Below are positions 35,930 through 45,403 of a stretch of DNA of 64,000 nucleotides, piece after piece. Position 1 is the stretch's first letter; the number at the start of each line of letters is the position of its first letter. Source of the stretch: Gammaproteobacteria bacterium (lineage in GTDB: Bacteria > Pseudomonadota > Gammaproteobacteria > Eutrophobiales > Eutrophobiaceae); assembly GCA_965229565.1 (NCBI GenBank), contig OZ245888.1:2073467-2137466 (forward strand), given 5' to 3'. The translations under genes were made by a program, and so were the position numbers. A model generated the notes under the pieces. It searched no databases, was not told where the DNA came from, and saw only the letters and a list, made by a program, of their open reading frames with translations.

Positions 35930-36802
35930 TCAGGAAAGGTTATCTTTCAGATTGAGATATTCATCCAGGCCCAGTATCTCTTTGATTTCATCGAAGCCGA
36001 CCATGTCATTTTCCAATGACTTTGTATGACCATCACGCCTGAATGCCTCAGCCATTGCGCGCATGATCTTTGCAGTTAACAGTACTGAATCAATCGGGGC
36101 CACAACAATCTTGAAACCCATCTCCTCAAGTTCCGCGGCACTGAGTATGGGCGTCTTGCCAAAAGCCAGCATATTGACAAATTTTGGATACTCGACTCGT
36201 TTACATATTTCCTCGAGCTCACTGACCGACAATGGTGCTTCAATAAACGCGACATCGGCACCGGCATCACAATAACGATTAATTCGATCAATAGCATCAT
36301 CAAGTCCGTCAGTCTCGCGCGCATCCGTGCGTGCAATAAATAAAAAGTCATCATCAGCACGTGCTGTAACGGCCGCCTTGAATTTTAATACCATATCTGC
36401 AGCCGGAATGACTTCCTTACCTCCAAAATGACCGCAGCGTTTTGGAAAGACCTGGTCTTCGAGGATAATCCCGGCCGCACCCGCGCCTTCGAATTCCCGC
36501 ACGCAACGCATCACGTTATGTAAATCGCCATAGCCGGTGTCGGCATCAGCCACAACCGGGATCGATAATCGCTGAGCCATGCGACGAGTTGCATCGACCA
36601 TTTCGGTCATTCCAAGAAAATTTAGATCGGGCAAGCCGTAGAGGCTGGCGCTGGTACCAAATCCGCCGATAAACACGGAATCGAAACCGCACTGTTCAAC
36701 CATGACTGCCGTCAACACATCATGTGCGCCAAGTGTCTTGATGATCCCGGGGTTTTGCATGAGCTCACGTAACTGTGCAGCTGGCGTCGTATTCTGCGAC
36801 AT
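35930..36802 (-). CDS. Isocitrate lyase / PEP mutase superfamily enzyme
   Basis: 290 aa with superfamily motifs PVVADADTGYG, ILEDQVFPKRCGH and ARTDA. Confidence 0.85.
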   Translation of the reverse strand: MSQNTTPAAQLRELMQNPGIIKTLGAHDVLTAVMVEQCGFDSVFIGGFGTSASLYGLPDLNFLGMTEMVDATRRMAQRLSIPVVADADTGYGDLHNVMRCVREFEGAGAAGIILEDQVFPKRCGHFGGKEVIPAADMVLKFKAAVTARADDDFLFIARTDARETDGLDDAIDRINRYCDAGADVAFIEAPLSVSELEEICKRVEYPKFVNMLAFGKTPILSAAELEEMGFKIVVAPIDSVLLTAKIMRAMAEAFRRDGHTKSLENDMVGFDEIKEILGLDEYLNLKDNLS

Positions 36803-36881
36803 GTTTGATCCTCCAGTGCTCTATTGATATCTGTTATGATTATGCTGGGATTGTACTACACTGGAGTTTAGGATTAAGCCT

Positions 36882-37220
36882 ATGAGTGAAAATGAATTCG
36901 TAGTAAACGGTGACAAGGGCAGTATTCTGCTTGGCATGTTCTGGATGTTTATCATCTCATTACTGTTGTTCTGGTTGCCGGCTTTTGGCTCGCTGATCGC
37001 TGGCATCGTAGGTGGCAAACAGGCTGGAGGCGTCATGGCCGGCATCATGGCTGCACTGTTACCCGGGATCCTGCTGGCCATTGCCCTGTTTTTTGCAGGT
37101 ACGATGTTAACCACTTTACCCGTGATCGGTGCTGTCCTGGGTGGTGGTGGCTTATTGTTATACATTATATATGTCCCCCCGTTATTGATTGGTGCCCTGA
37201 TAGGCGGTTTGCTTGCCTGA
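36882..37220 (+). CDS. Gly-rich small membrane protein, function unknown
   Basis: 112 aa with 3-4 hydrophobic Gly/Ala/Leu helices. Confidence 0.4.
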   Translation: MSENEFVVNGDKGSILLGMFWMFIISLLLFWLPAFGSLIAGIVGGKQAGGVMAGIMAALLPGILLAIALFFAGTMLTTLPVIGAVLGGGGLLLYIIYVPPLLIGALIGGLLA

Positions 37221-37297
37221 CTATTTGATCTGGATCATCACATTTATTCTTCCTGCAACTATACTGATTGTAGGTAAACAGCGGGCAGAACAAATTA

Positions 37298-38791
37298 ATG
37301 TTTGAAATCGCCGAGCTCGGCCAGCAACTCTCTAAAAAGGACTACAAGCAGCGGGTACCCGAACTCCGAACCCGGTTACTTGAAGCACAACAACAACTGC
37401 AAGACAGTAATTTTCCGGTACTGGTACTCATTTCAGGTGTGGATGGCGGTGGCAAGGGCCAGATTATTAACCTGCTTAATGAATGGATGGATCCACGCGG
37501 TATCCAGACCCACGCGTTTGGACTGCCCACGGAAGATCAACGCAGCAGGCCCGAGTTCTGGCGTTACTGGATGGCATTACCCCCGCGAGGTCAGGTCAGT
37601 ATCTTTGTGGGTTCCTGGTACAGTTCACCCATAGCCGATCGTGTCAGTAAAAAAATAGACAACTCCGCGCTTGATGAGCGCCTGATACATATCAATAACG
37701 TCGAACGTGAATTAACCGACGATGGCATGCTGATCATCAAATGCTGGATACACATGGGCAAGGAGCAGCAGCAAAAACGATTACATTCCTTCCAGAAAGA
37801 CCCGGACAGTCGCTGGCGCGTTACCAAAAAAGATATTAAACACCTGAAACTCTACGATAAGTTTGTCGGCATTGCGGAACGTGTCATCAGGGAAACCAGT
37901 ACCGGGCATTGCCCATGGCTGATCGTAGACGGTTCCGATATCAAGCACAGCAGCGTCACCGTGGGCGAGCATATCCTTGCGCGCATCAATACACACCTGG
38001 CGCAGCGCGAACATAAGATTACAACACCACCCGCCCCGGCCCCGGATACGATCACGCAGGTTCAAAGCAAGGGGCTGTTGCAATCACTGGATATGACCCG
38101 GTCTCTGTCAAAGTCAGAATATAAAAGCAAGCTTGAGAAATACCAGGGCCAGTTAAATCTCCTTGCACGCGAGGCCAGGACCCGGCATATGTCTGCGTTA
38201 CTCGTCTTTGAAGGTTGGGACGCTGGCGGCAAAGGTGGTGCTATACGACGTATCACTCATGCACTTGATGCGAGGCAGTACCGGGTTATTCCCATAGCGG
38301 CACCAACCGATGAAGAGGGAGCCCATCACTACCTGTGGCGTTTCTGGCGCCATGTACCCCGATCAGGTCAATTCACTATTTATGATCGCAGCTGGTATGG
38401 ACGCGTTCTGGTTGAGCGTGTCGAGGGTTTTGCAACGGAAGATGAATGGATGCGTGCCTACACGGAGATCAATGACTTTGAAGAAGAGATTTACAATGCA
38501 GACACTGTCATCCTGAAATACTGGTTGCATATAGACAAGGATGAACAGGAACGACGTTTCAAGGAACGTGAAAAAATCAGCTACAAGAAGTACAAGATTA
38601 CCGAGGAAGACTACCGTAACCGTGAACAATGGGGCCAGTACGAACTGGCTGTCGAGGAAATGGTGGCACGCACCAGCTCGGAGTTTGCACCCTGGCACCT
38701 GATTGAAGGTAACGATAAACGCTATGCGCGTATCAAGGTGCTCAAACTACTATGCCAGGCGCTGAAGGAACGACTGGGCGATACAAAATAA
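37298..38791 (+). CDS. pap: Polyphosphate:AMP phosphotransferase (two-domain PPK2)
   Basis: 497 aa with two PPK2 halves, each carrying a Walker-A-like GxDxxGKG (GVDGGGKG, GWDAGGKG) and FWRY/LWRFW lids. Confidence 0.85.
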   Translation: MFEIAELGQQLSKKDYKQRVPELRTRLLEAQQQLQDSNFPVLVLISGVDGGGKGQIINLLNEWMDPRGIQTHAFGLPTEDQRSRPEFWRYWMALPPRGQVSIFVGSWYSSPIADRVSKKIDNSALDERLIHINNVERELTDDGMLIIKCWIHMGKEQQQKRLHSFQKDPDSRWRVTKKDIKHLKLYDKFVGIAERVIRETSTGHCPWLIVDGSDIKHSSVTVGEHILARINTHLAQREHKITTPPAPAPDTITQVQSKGLLQSLDMTRSLSKSEYKSKLEKYQGQLNLLAREARTRHMSALLVFEGWDAGGKGGAIRRITHALDARQYRVIPIAAPTDEEGAHHYLWRFWRHVPRSGQFTIYDRSWYGRVLVERVEGFATEDEWMRAYTEINDFEEEIYNADTVILKYWLHIDKDEQERRFKEREKISYKKYKITEEDYRNREQWGQYELAVEEMVARTSSEFAPWHLIEGNDKRYARIKVLKLLCQALKERLGDTK

Positions 38792-39322
38792 TTAAAGGTG
38801 TAACATTCTTTTCGTGGCACCATCACGACGAAAGGCATGATACATGGCACCGCTTACATGTATAACGATCAGGGCGAGTAACATCCAGCATGTCCAGACA
38901 TGCACTTCTGAAAAGAACGCCTGCAAACCTGCGTCTTCCCAGCCCCATTCCGGCATTTCGATCAACCACCAAAGCGTTGTCCCCCAACCGCTAAACGACG
39001 TGGATAAATAACCGCTCAGGCACGCAAGAAAGATCAAAAGGTACAACGCCACGTTGCAAAACACGGCCAGTTTATTCATCCACGGTGGCATGGCAGATGC
39101 AGCAACCGGCTCAGGCTTGTGACGCAAGCGCAAAAACAACAACAGCGCCAGTAGCAATGCCAGTGTTAAGCCGATGTTTTTATGCAGCTGGAATGGGAAA
39201 ACCCGGTATTCATTGTAAGGCAACCCCAGCATCCACCAGCTGGATAAAAACAGGAAAAGTATTGAAACGGCAAGTACCCAGTGGATCACAACGGCGCTCA
39301 GGGAAAAATTGGCCTGTTTCAT
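38792..39322 (-). CDS. Cytochrome b561 family protein
   Basis: 176 aa with 4 TM helices and conserved His residues placed in helices (IHW, LHKN, EVHVW, VIHV). Confidence 0.65.
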   Translation of the reverse strand: MKQANFSLSAVVIHWVLAVSILFLFLSSWWMLGLPYNEYRVFPFQLHKNIGLTLALLLALLLFLRLRHKPEPVAASAMPPWMNKLAVFCNVALYLLIFLACLSGYLSTSFSGWGTTLWWLIEMPEWGWEDAGLQAFFSEVHVWTCWMLLALIVIHVSGAMYHAFRRDGATKRMLHL

Positions 39323-39891
39323 AATACTTCTTCCTGTCTTTCAAGTTCTTTCTCGTTTTCGCGACAAGCGAGCACGGCAACGAGCAGTAATGCATGAATA
39401 AAAAACCATAACAGGATATGCCACAGGTAAAGTTGCCTGAGTAACGGAGCGGAATTTACCGTCGCCAGGAAACCCACCAGGTCCACGGCCAACAACCCGG
39501 ATAATACAACAATAGCCGCGATACCAGACCAGCTGCGTTGTTCGATTAACGCGACACCAGTAAAAATCGATGCAAATGCCAGCAACGTACCCACACTCAT
39601 TAGCGCCATTTGCAAGCCTCGATACCAGTCCGGCCGCGAAAGTAATATCGTATCGGTATTGCGCGTGGCTTGCGTGCACATAACCTGAGTAATTCCATCC
39701 CTTTGCAAGTCCTCTCGCGGACAATCCTGGAAGTAATCGTTTTGTACTATTGCGGGCTCGCCATCGAGTACGGCGTGGATCATTAGCTCGTTGCCATGCG
39801 CCGCCGTCAGGTATACACCCAACACCACGATGATTATTCCGATCCAGTTGGACCACGCGCTGGCTTCATTTCCTGTATGGACTTTTTGCAC
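39319..39891 (-). CDS. Membrane protein, function unknown
   Basis: 190 aa with 4 TM helices and a Cys-containing loop. 4-nt overlap with the cytochrome b561 gene. Confidence 0.45.
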   Translation of the reverse strand: MQKVHTGNEASAWSNWIGIIIVVLGVYLTAAHGNELMIHAVLDGEPAIVQNDYFQDCPREDLQRDGITQVMCTQATRNTDTILLSRPDWYRGLQMALMSVGTLLAFASIFTGVALIEQRSWSGIAAIVVLSGLLAVDLVGFLATVNSAPLLRQLYLWHILLWFFIHALLLVAVLACRENEKELERQEEVL

Positions 39892-40085
39892 CCGGGAAAT
39901 CCTTTATTATTTTTTATCTACGATATCAGTACTTTTCCAAAGTTTCACACAAACATCGTTATTGTAATAATTTAACATATACTACTAATCAATAGTTTTT
40001 AGTTAATTTGTTGCTGCCGGCCTGGCCCTGTCTGGTGTGTTCTATTGATTTACACTAGAATCAACAGAACTGGCCAACTTATAGA

Positions 40086-43000
40086 TTGTATTCAGCCTTG
40101 CCATACCGTTTCATTCAATTCAGGCAATATCGCTCGCCAGGCATCCGGGCAGTATGCCTTACACTCCTGCTACTTTGTGCCCTGCTTCAGTACAGCCATC
40201 ACGTCGCGGCAGATATGGTCAGCGCCAGCGAGGCCTTGAAACGCGGTGATTATGAAACAGCCATCCCGGAACTGACGCGCCTTGCGGAACAAGGCAGCGC
40301 CGAGGCACAAGCACACCTTGGTTATCTCTACCACGTGGGTGAAGGTGTGCCACAGGATCTGACCCGGGCAGCCGAGCTTTATCGACTATCGGCAGTACAG
40401 GGCAACCGTGATGCCCAGTATAACCTGGCCGTTGCCTATGCGTTTGGCGAGGGTGTTGAAAAAGATTTATCTGAAGCCGTCACCTGGTATCGACGCGCCG
40501 CCGAACAGGACCATCTCATTTCACAGTACAGCCTGGGTATATCCTATGCCTACGGCGAAGGCGTTCAGCAGGATTATAGCGAAGCCGCCCGCTGGTTTAG
40601 CCAGGCCGCAGATAAAGGCTATGCACCGGCACAGGTTCACCTGGCCAGCCTCTACCACACCGGTGAAGGTGTTGAACAGGATTATATCGAGGCCGCTCGC
40701 TGGTATCGTTTATCTGCCGAACAGGGTGATGCCACGGCACAATATAACCTCGGGCTGCTTTATCGAGGTGGCAAGGGTGTCGATAAGGATACCACTGAAG
40801 CCCGTCGCTGGTTGCAACTCGCTGCCGACCAGGGGTACCTGGCTGCACAAAACGAACTTGCCAGCCTGAACCGGGCCGCCGTTGCACCGGAAATTTCTGC
40901 TACCACTAGAACCGAACCTGAAACTACGGAAGAAAGCGTTACCCCTAAAGAAGAAAAATCAGGCGGCTTCTTCTCCCGCCTGGGCGCCTTGCTTGGTGGT
41001 AAGGACGATACGGGGACAGAAGTCGAACCCGAAATAGAGATAAGCGCAGAAGACGAGGTTAAAGAAACACCGATTGAAGAAACAGTGGAAATCACTGCCG
41101 CTGAAACTGCACCTACAGAAGCAATTGTAGAAGTAGAGTCGCTCAAAGAACCAGTCTTGCCAGAAACTGAAACCGCCATAGCAACAGGGGAAGTCCCGGA
41201 ACCGGTAGCTCCGCCAGAAGCACCGGCAAGCATTAACGTAGAAGAATCCGTGATTGATAATGTCGTCTTGCCGCAAGAGCCGGTAGCGGCCGCGCCAGAA
41301 CCGGAACCGATACAGTTACACGAGAAAGAATTGGCTGATGCGGTTGCTGCCGCACAGCAAGAAGAATCGAAAGGTTTCTTTTCTCGCCTGTTTGGTAGTA
41401 AAGGTGATGAAGCAAGCGGAGCAACCCCTGCCACGGAACAACCAGTTGAAATCACAACCGCAGAGCCCGCGGTAACAGACCTGCCCGTGGCAGATCCCGT
41501 ATTACCGGAGTCAGAACCTGCTGAAGAAGTCGCTGCTGTCCCGACAGAAGAGGTTATTGAGGCCGCGATCCCACGCCCTGAAGAACTGGCAGTAGAAGAA
41601 TCGATAGTGACCAACGTGGTATTACCTGAACCGGAGCAGCCAGAACTTAGGGTTCAGGAAAAACCTGTAACAGAAATTGAAAGTCCTGACGAAACAACAG
41701 TCGCCGCGGAAACTGATGTGACTCAGGAGGTGGCAGAAAAGACAGCTGCCGTTGAAAAAGAACTTGTTGAACCGGCTATACCACGACCCGAACAAGTCGC
41801 CGTCGAGGAGGCCGTGGTAACAAACGTGTTACTACCTAAACCGGAACAGCCTGTTGAAATTAGCATTGCTGAAGAGCAGGAAGAAACTGTTAAGGAAGAA
41901 AAACCAGAGACTGAATCGATCAAGGTAGTCGACAAGGCCGAACCAACAGGCACCAGGGCTGAAGTAATTGCGGTTGAAGATGAGATCGAGGCCACGATAA
42001 AACAAGCCGATGCTAAAATAACTGCCTCATCGGTCGCGTTGCAGGCCGATACGGAGATTAGTGAACTGGTAACAACCGAGGAACCCGGGCAACCGCAAAC
42101 CGTAACAACCACAGCCCCTGTTGAGTCGATAGACACATCGCAATACAGCATTGATGAAGGTCGTCGCGCCCTGCTCGACAACGACCACGAGCAAGCATTA
42201 TATCACTTCGAACCACTGGCGAGAGCCGGCAACACCGAGGCACAAAGCCTGCTTGGTAACATGTATTACAATGGGCAAGGTGTTGAACAGGACTACGGTG
42301 AATCCTTTCTCTGGTATCACCTTGCTGCCGAACAAGGCAACAAGAATGCACAGTACCTGGTCGGCAATATGTACCTGTTGGGTGAAGGCGTTAAACAGGA
42401 TAATGAACAGGCGGCATACTGGTATGGAAAATCCAGTGCCCAGGGCCATATCGCGGCAAAGCAGAACCTGGAAAGCCTGCGGGAATTACAGGAAATTAAT
42501 AAACAGAATGAATCAGCACAGGATCAGCCTGTTGTAGAAACTGCAACAGCACTATCCGAATCGACCAGGGAGATGGTCGCAGTCGTCGATCGCAGTGAGG
42601 AAATTACGGAAACTGAACCCGCAGAAGTGGTTAAAACCCCCGATACCAGTGAGACACAACCTGAAGATAGCAAAACATCCGGCGGTGGTTTTTTTGCCAG
42701 CCTGTTCGGATCTGATGAACCTGCAACAGAAGTTCCCGCAGTAACGGTGGAAGCCGAGGTAACAAAACCTGAGCCGAAGGAAGTTCCGGTCAGCACCGAG
42801 ACACCAATTGCCAGCGAGACAGCAAATACCAGGGAAGTCGAGATAGAAGAAAAAAGTTTAGCGACTGAAACCGTAACACCTGGCAACAAGCTCCAGGAAT
42901 TGGTCACACTGGCGACCCAGGGTGATAGCAACGCACAGTACCAGCTGGCCACGCGCTATTACTCTGGCAAAGACGTTAAACAGGACTATTCAGAGGCCGC

Positions 43001-43730
43001 AATGTGGTATCGGCGCGCAGCCGAACAGGACAACATGGATGCCCAATACAGTCTTGGCAACATGTACCTGCTGGGCGAAGGCGTGCAACAGGACAACAAT
43101 ATCGCAGGACAGTGGTATGCCCGTGCGGCAAAGCAGGGACACGCCTCTGCACAAAACAACCTGGACAGCCTGAAGATAGAGATCAAGACAGAACCCGAGC
43201 CCATTGAAATGGAACCGCTACCGGTTGCAGAAACCGAGATAGCTGCACAGGAGATCGAGCCGGAACCTGCAGGACCCAAGGATGATGCCCGCTTGTTGTA
43301 TGAACTGGGGCTGGCCCACTCTTTTGGCGATGGCGTCAAGCAGGACTACCAGGCCGCGTATAATTACTTCCTGGAATCAGCCAGGAAAGGTTATGCAGCA
43401 GCACAGTATAAAACCGGTGTGGCCTATGCTTATGGCGAGGGCGTCAAGCAGGACTATGCCCAGGCCGCCGAGTGGTATGGTAAGGCCGCTGAGCAGGGAC
43501 ACATGATTGCACAACGCAACCTTGCCACCATGTATCTCAATGGCAATGGCATCAAACAGGACCGGGTCAAGGCCATGGCCTGGTACCAGGTGATTGCCAA
43601 TAGCGGTAATGCCATGGATGTACGCCGTCGTGACATGCTGAAAAAGCAAATGAGCCAGGTAGAACTGTCCGCGTCACAGGAACTGGCCAGCCAGATTTCA
43701 CAACGTTTAAAAAATAGCGCCCCTCTCTGA
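40086..43730 (+). CDS. Giant modular Sel1-repeat protein with acidic Pro/Glu/Thr/Val-rich spacers
   Basis: 1214-aa ORF with four Sel1 blocks (about aa 45-262, 686-800, 933-1028, 1066-1190) and low-complexity acidic spacers between them. The start is uncertain: TTG at 40086 or 40098, or ATG at 40215. Confidence 0.8.
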   Translation: MYSALPYRFIQFRQYRSPGIRAVCLTLLLLCALLQYSHHVAADMVSASEALKRGDYETAIPELTRLAEQGSAEAQAHLGYLYHVGEGVPQDLTRAAELYRLSAVQGNRDAQYNLAVAYAFGEGVEKDLSEAVTWYRRAAEQDHLISQYSLGISYAYGEGVQQDYSEAARWFSQAADKGYAPAQVHLASLYHTGEGVEQDYIEAARWYRLSAEQGDATAQYNLGLLYRGGKGVDKDTTEARRWLQLAADQGYLAAQNELASLNRAAVAPEISATTRTEPETTEESVTPKEEKSGGFFSRLGALLGGKDDTGTEVEPEIEISAEDEVKETPIEETVEITAAETAPTEAIVEVESLKEPVLPETETAIATGEVPEPVAPPEAPASINVEESVIDNVVLPQEPVAAAPEPEPIQLHEKELADAVAAAQQEESKGFFSRLFGSKGDEASGATPATEQPVEITTAEPAVTDLPVADPVLPESEPAEEVAAVPTEEVIEAAIPRPEELAVEESIVTNVVLPEPEQPELRVQEKPVTEIESPDETTVAAETDVTQEVAEKTAAVEKELVEPAIPRPEQVAVEEAVVTNVLLPKPEQPVEISIAEEQEETVKEEKPETESIKVVDKAEPTGTRAEVIAVEDEIEATIKQADAKITASSVALQADTEISELVTTEEPGQPQTVTTTAPVESIDTSQYSIDEGRRALLDNDHEQALYHFEPLARAGNTEAQSLLGNMYYNGQGVEQDYGESFLWYHLAAEQGNKNAQYLVGNMYLLGEGVKQDNEQAAYWYGKSSAQGHIAAKQNLESLRELQEINKQNESAQDQPVVETATALSESTREMVAVVDRSEEITETEPAEVVKTPDTSETQPEDSKTSGGGFFASLFGSDEPATEVPAVTVEAEVTKPEPKEVPVSTETPIASETANTREVEIEEKSLATETVTPGNKLQELVTLATQGDSNAQYQLATRYYSGKDVKQDYSEAAMWYRRAAEQDNMDAQYSLGNMYLLGEGVQQDNNIAGQWYARAAKQGHASAQNNLDSLKIEIKTEPEPIEMEPLPVAETEIAAQEIEPEPAGPKDDARLLYELGLAHSFGDGVKQDYQAAYNYFLESARKGYAAAQYKTGVAYAYGEGVKQDYAQAAEWYGKAAEQGHMIAQRNLATMYLNGNGIKQDRVKAMAWYQVIANSGNAMDVRRRDMLKKQMSQVELSASQELASQISQRLKNSAPL

Positions 43731-43805
43731 GCAACACCATTGTCGTAGTCCGTGCCAGCCCTTTACATTTCTGGCATGATTGTCATATCCCTGTGGTCTA
43801 TACAT

Positions 43806-44606
43806 ATGAATGGCACTACTGACAAAACAGTTGTTGAAATCAGCAACCTGAGCAGCTTTTACGGTGAGCGCCAGGTATTGACCGATATCAACCTGAACGT
43901 CAATTACCGGGAAATCATGGTCATCATGGGCCATAGCGGCTCCGGCAAGTCCACACTGTTCAAGAATATACTTGGCTTGCATCAAACCAGCAGCGGCTCG
44001 ATACGCCTGCTTGATAAAGAAGTAAGTAGCATGCAACAGTCGGAATTATATGCGCTGCGTAAAAAGCTCGGTGTCGCCTTTCAAAACGGAGCCCTGTTCA
44101 GTTCAATGTCACTGATTGAAAACGTTGAACTGCCATTACATGAACATACCCGGCTGGATAAACAAACCATCCGTATCATGGCGCGGCTTAAACTGGAACT
44201 GATGCGACTTGCTGACTTTGAAGACCTGATGCCGGCAGAATTATCCGGCGGCATGTTGAAACGCGCCGGACTGGCCAGGGCAGTTGTAATGGATCCGTCA
44301 CTACTCTTTTTTGATGAGCCCTCGGCCGGTCTTGATCCTATTGCCTCGGCCGAACTGGATGAACTGATCCTGCAACTGCGTGATGCGCTAAACATGAGCA
44401 TCATTGTTGTAACCCATGAACTCGAAAGTGCTTTCAAGATAGCCGACCGGCTTACCGTACTCGACAAGGGCCAGCAGATCATTACCGGCACACCGGCAGA
44501 GATCCTGGCCAGCCCGGACCCACGCATCGTCAACATGCTCCAGCGCCGTGCCGGCAATGACGTGATCGATGCCGATGCGTACCTGGATAAACTAACCCGG
44601 CATTAG
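43806..44606 (+). CDS. mlaF: Phospholipid ABC transporter ATP-binding protein MlaF
   Basis: 266 aa from the ATG at 43806 with Walker A GHSGSGKST, signature LSGGMLKR and Walker B LLFFDEP. It precedes mlaE and mlaD. Confidence 0.85.
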   Translation: MNGTTDKTVVEISNLSSFYGERQVLTDINLNVNYREIMVIMGHSGSGKSTLFKNILGLHQTSSGSIRLLDKEVSSMQQSELYALRKKLGVAFQNGALFSSMSLIENVELPLHEHTRLDKQTIRIMARLKLELMRLADFEDLMPAELSGGMLKRAGLARAVVMDPSLLFFDEPSAGLDPIASAELDELILQLRDALNMSIIVVTHELESAFKIADRLTVLDKGQQIITGTPAEILASPDPRIVNMLQRRAGNDVIDADAYLDKLTRH

Positions 44607-44608
44607 GC

Positions 44609-45394
44609 ATGGATACCTCGTTAAACCTTTCTGATTACATGCTAAACCGGGTCCAGCGCCTCGGCATGGCCGGTCTGTTCCTGTTTCACAGTGTACAACG
44701 CATCGTCAGCACCTCTTTTCCCTACCAGGCTTCAATGAAACAACTGGCCTTTGTCGGTGCCCGCTCAATGCTGGTCATCGCCTGTGCCGGGCTGTTCGTT
44801 GGCATGGTATTGGCACTGCAGTTCTATGACACTCTCGTTCGGTTCGGTTCAGTGAGCCTGCTGGGATCAGCAGTGGGCCTGAGTTTAATCCGCGAACTGG
44901 GACCGGTATTAACCGCGCTGATGGTCATTGCCAGGGCAGGCTCCGCAATGTGTGCAGAGATCGGGATCATGCGTACCGATAACCAGATCGATGCGCTAGA
45001 GTGCATGGCAATTGATCCCTATCGCTACCTGTTTGCACCACGCATCCTGGCCGGGATAATTTCAGTGCCGTTATTAACCGCATTATTTATTATCGTAGGG
45101 CTGTTTGGCGGTTACATTGTTGGCGTGCTGATGTTCGGCGTCAGTGCCGGTGCCTATTTTCAAAGTATGAATGACACGGTGTTAATACGTGACTTGTTCA
45201 TGGGCTTTGTGAAATCCGTGGTGTTTGGATTACTTATCGTCTGGATCGCCTGTGACAAGGGCTTTCACCTGCACCTCGACCGACGAGGTATGTATGGCTC
45301 AGAGGGTGTCAGCCGTATAACTACGGAAGCCGTGGTACTGTCAGCAATTGCCGTGCTGTTCAGCGATTATTTACTCAGTGCCTTGATCCTGTAA
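44609..45394 (+). CDS. mlaE: Phospholipid ABC transporter permease MlaE
   Basis: 261 aa. A polytopic permease with the characteristic LIRELGPVLTALMVIARAGSA. Confidence 0.85.
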   Translation: MDTSLNLSDYMLNRVQRLGMAGLFLFHSVQRIVSTSFPYQASMKQLAFVGARSMLVIACAGLFVGMVLALQFYDTLVRFGSVSLLGSAVGLSLIRELGPVLTALMVIARAGSAMCAEIGIMRTDNQIDALECMAIDPYRYLFAPRILAGIISVPLLTALFIIVGLFGGYIVGVLMFGVSAGAYFQSMNDTVLIRDLFMGFVKSVVFGLLIVWIACDKGFHLHLDRRGMYGSEGVSRITTEAVVLSAIAVLFSDYLLSALIL

Positions 45395-45403
45395 GATTTC
45401 TCT

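Noticed and set aside
40760-41614. 284-aa minus-strand ORF (also 41723-42181 and 42524-42952)
   Set aside because: These are antisense frames across the acidic spacers of the giant Sel1 gene. They are Ser/Gly/Thr/Ala low complexity with no start context.
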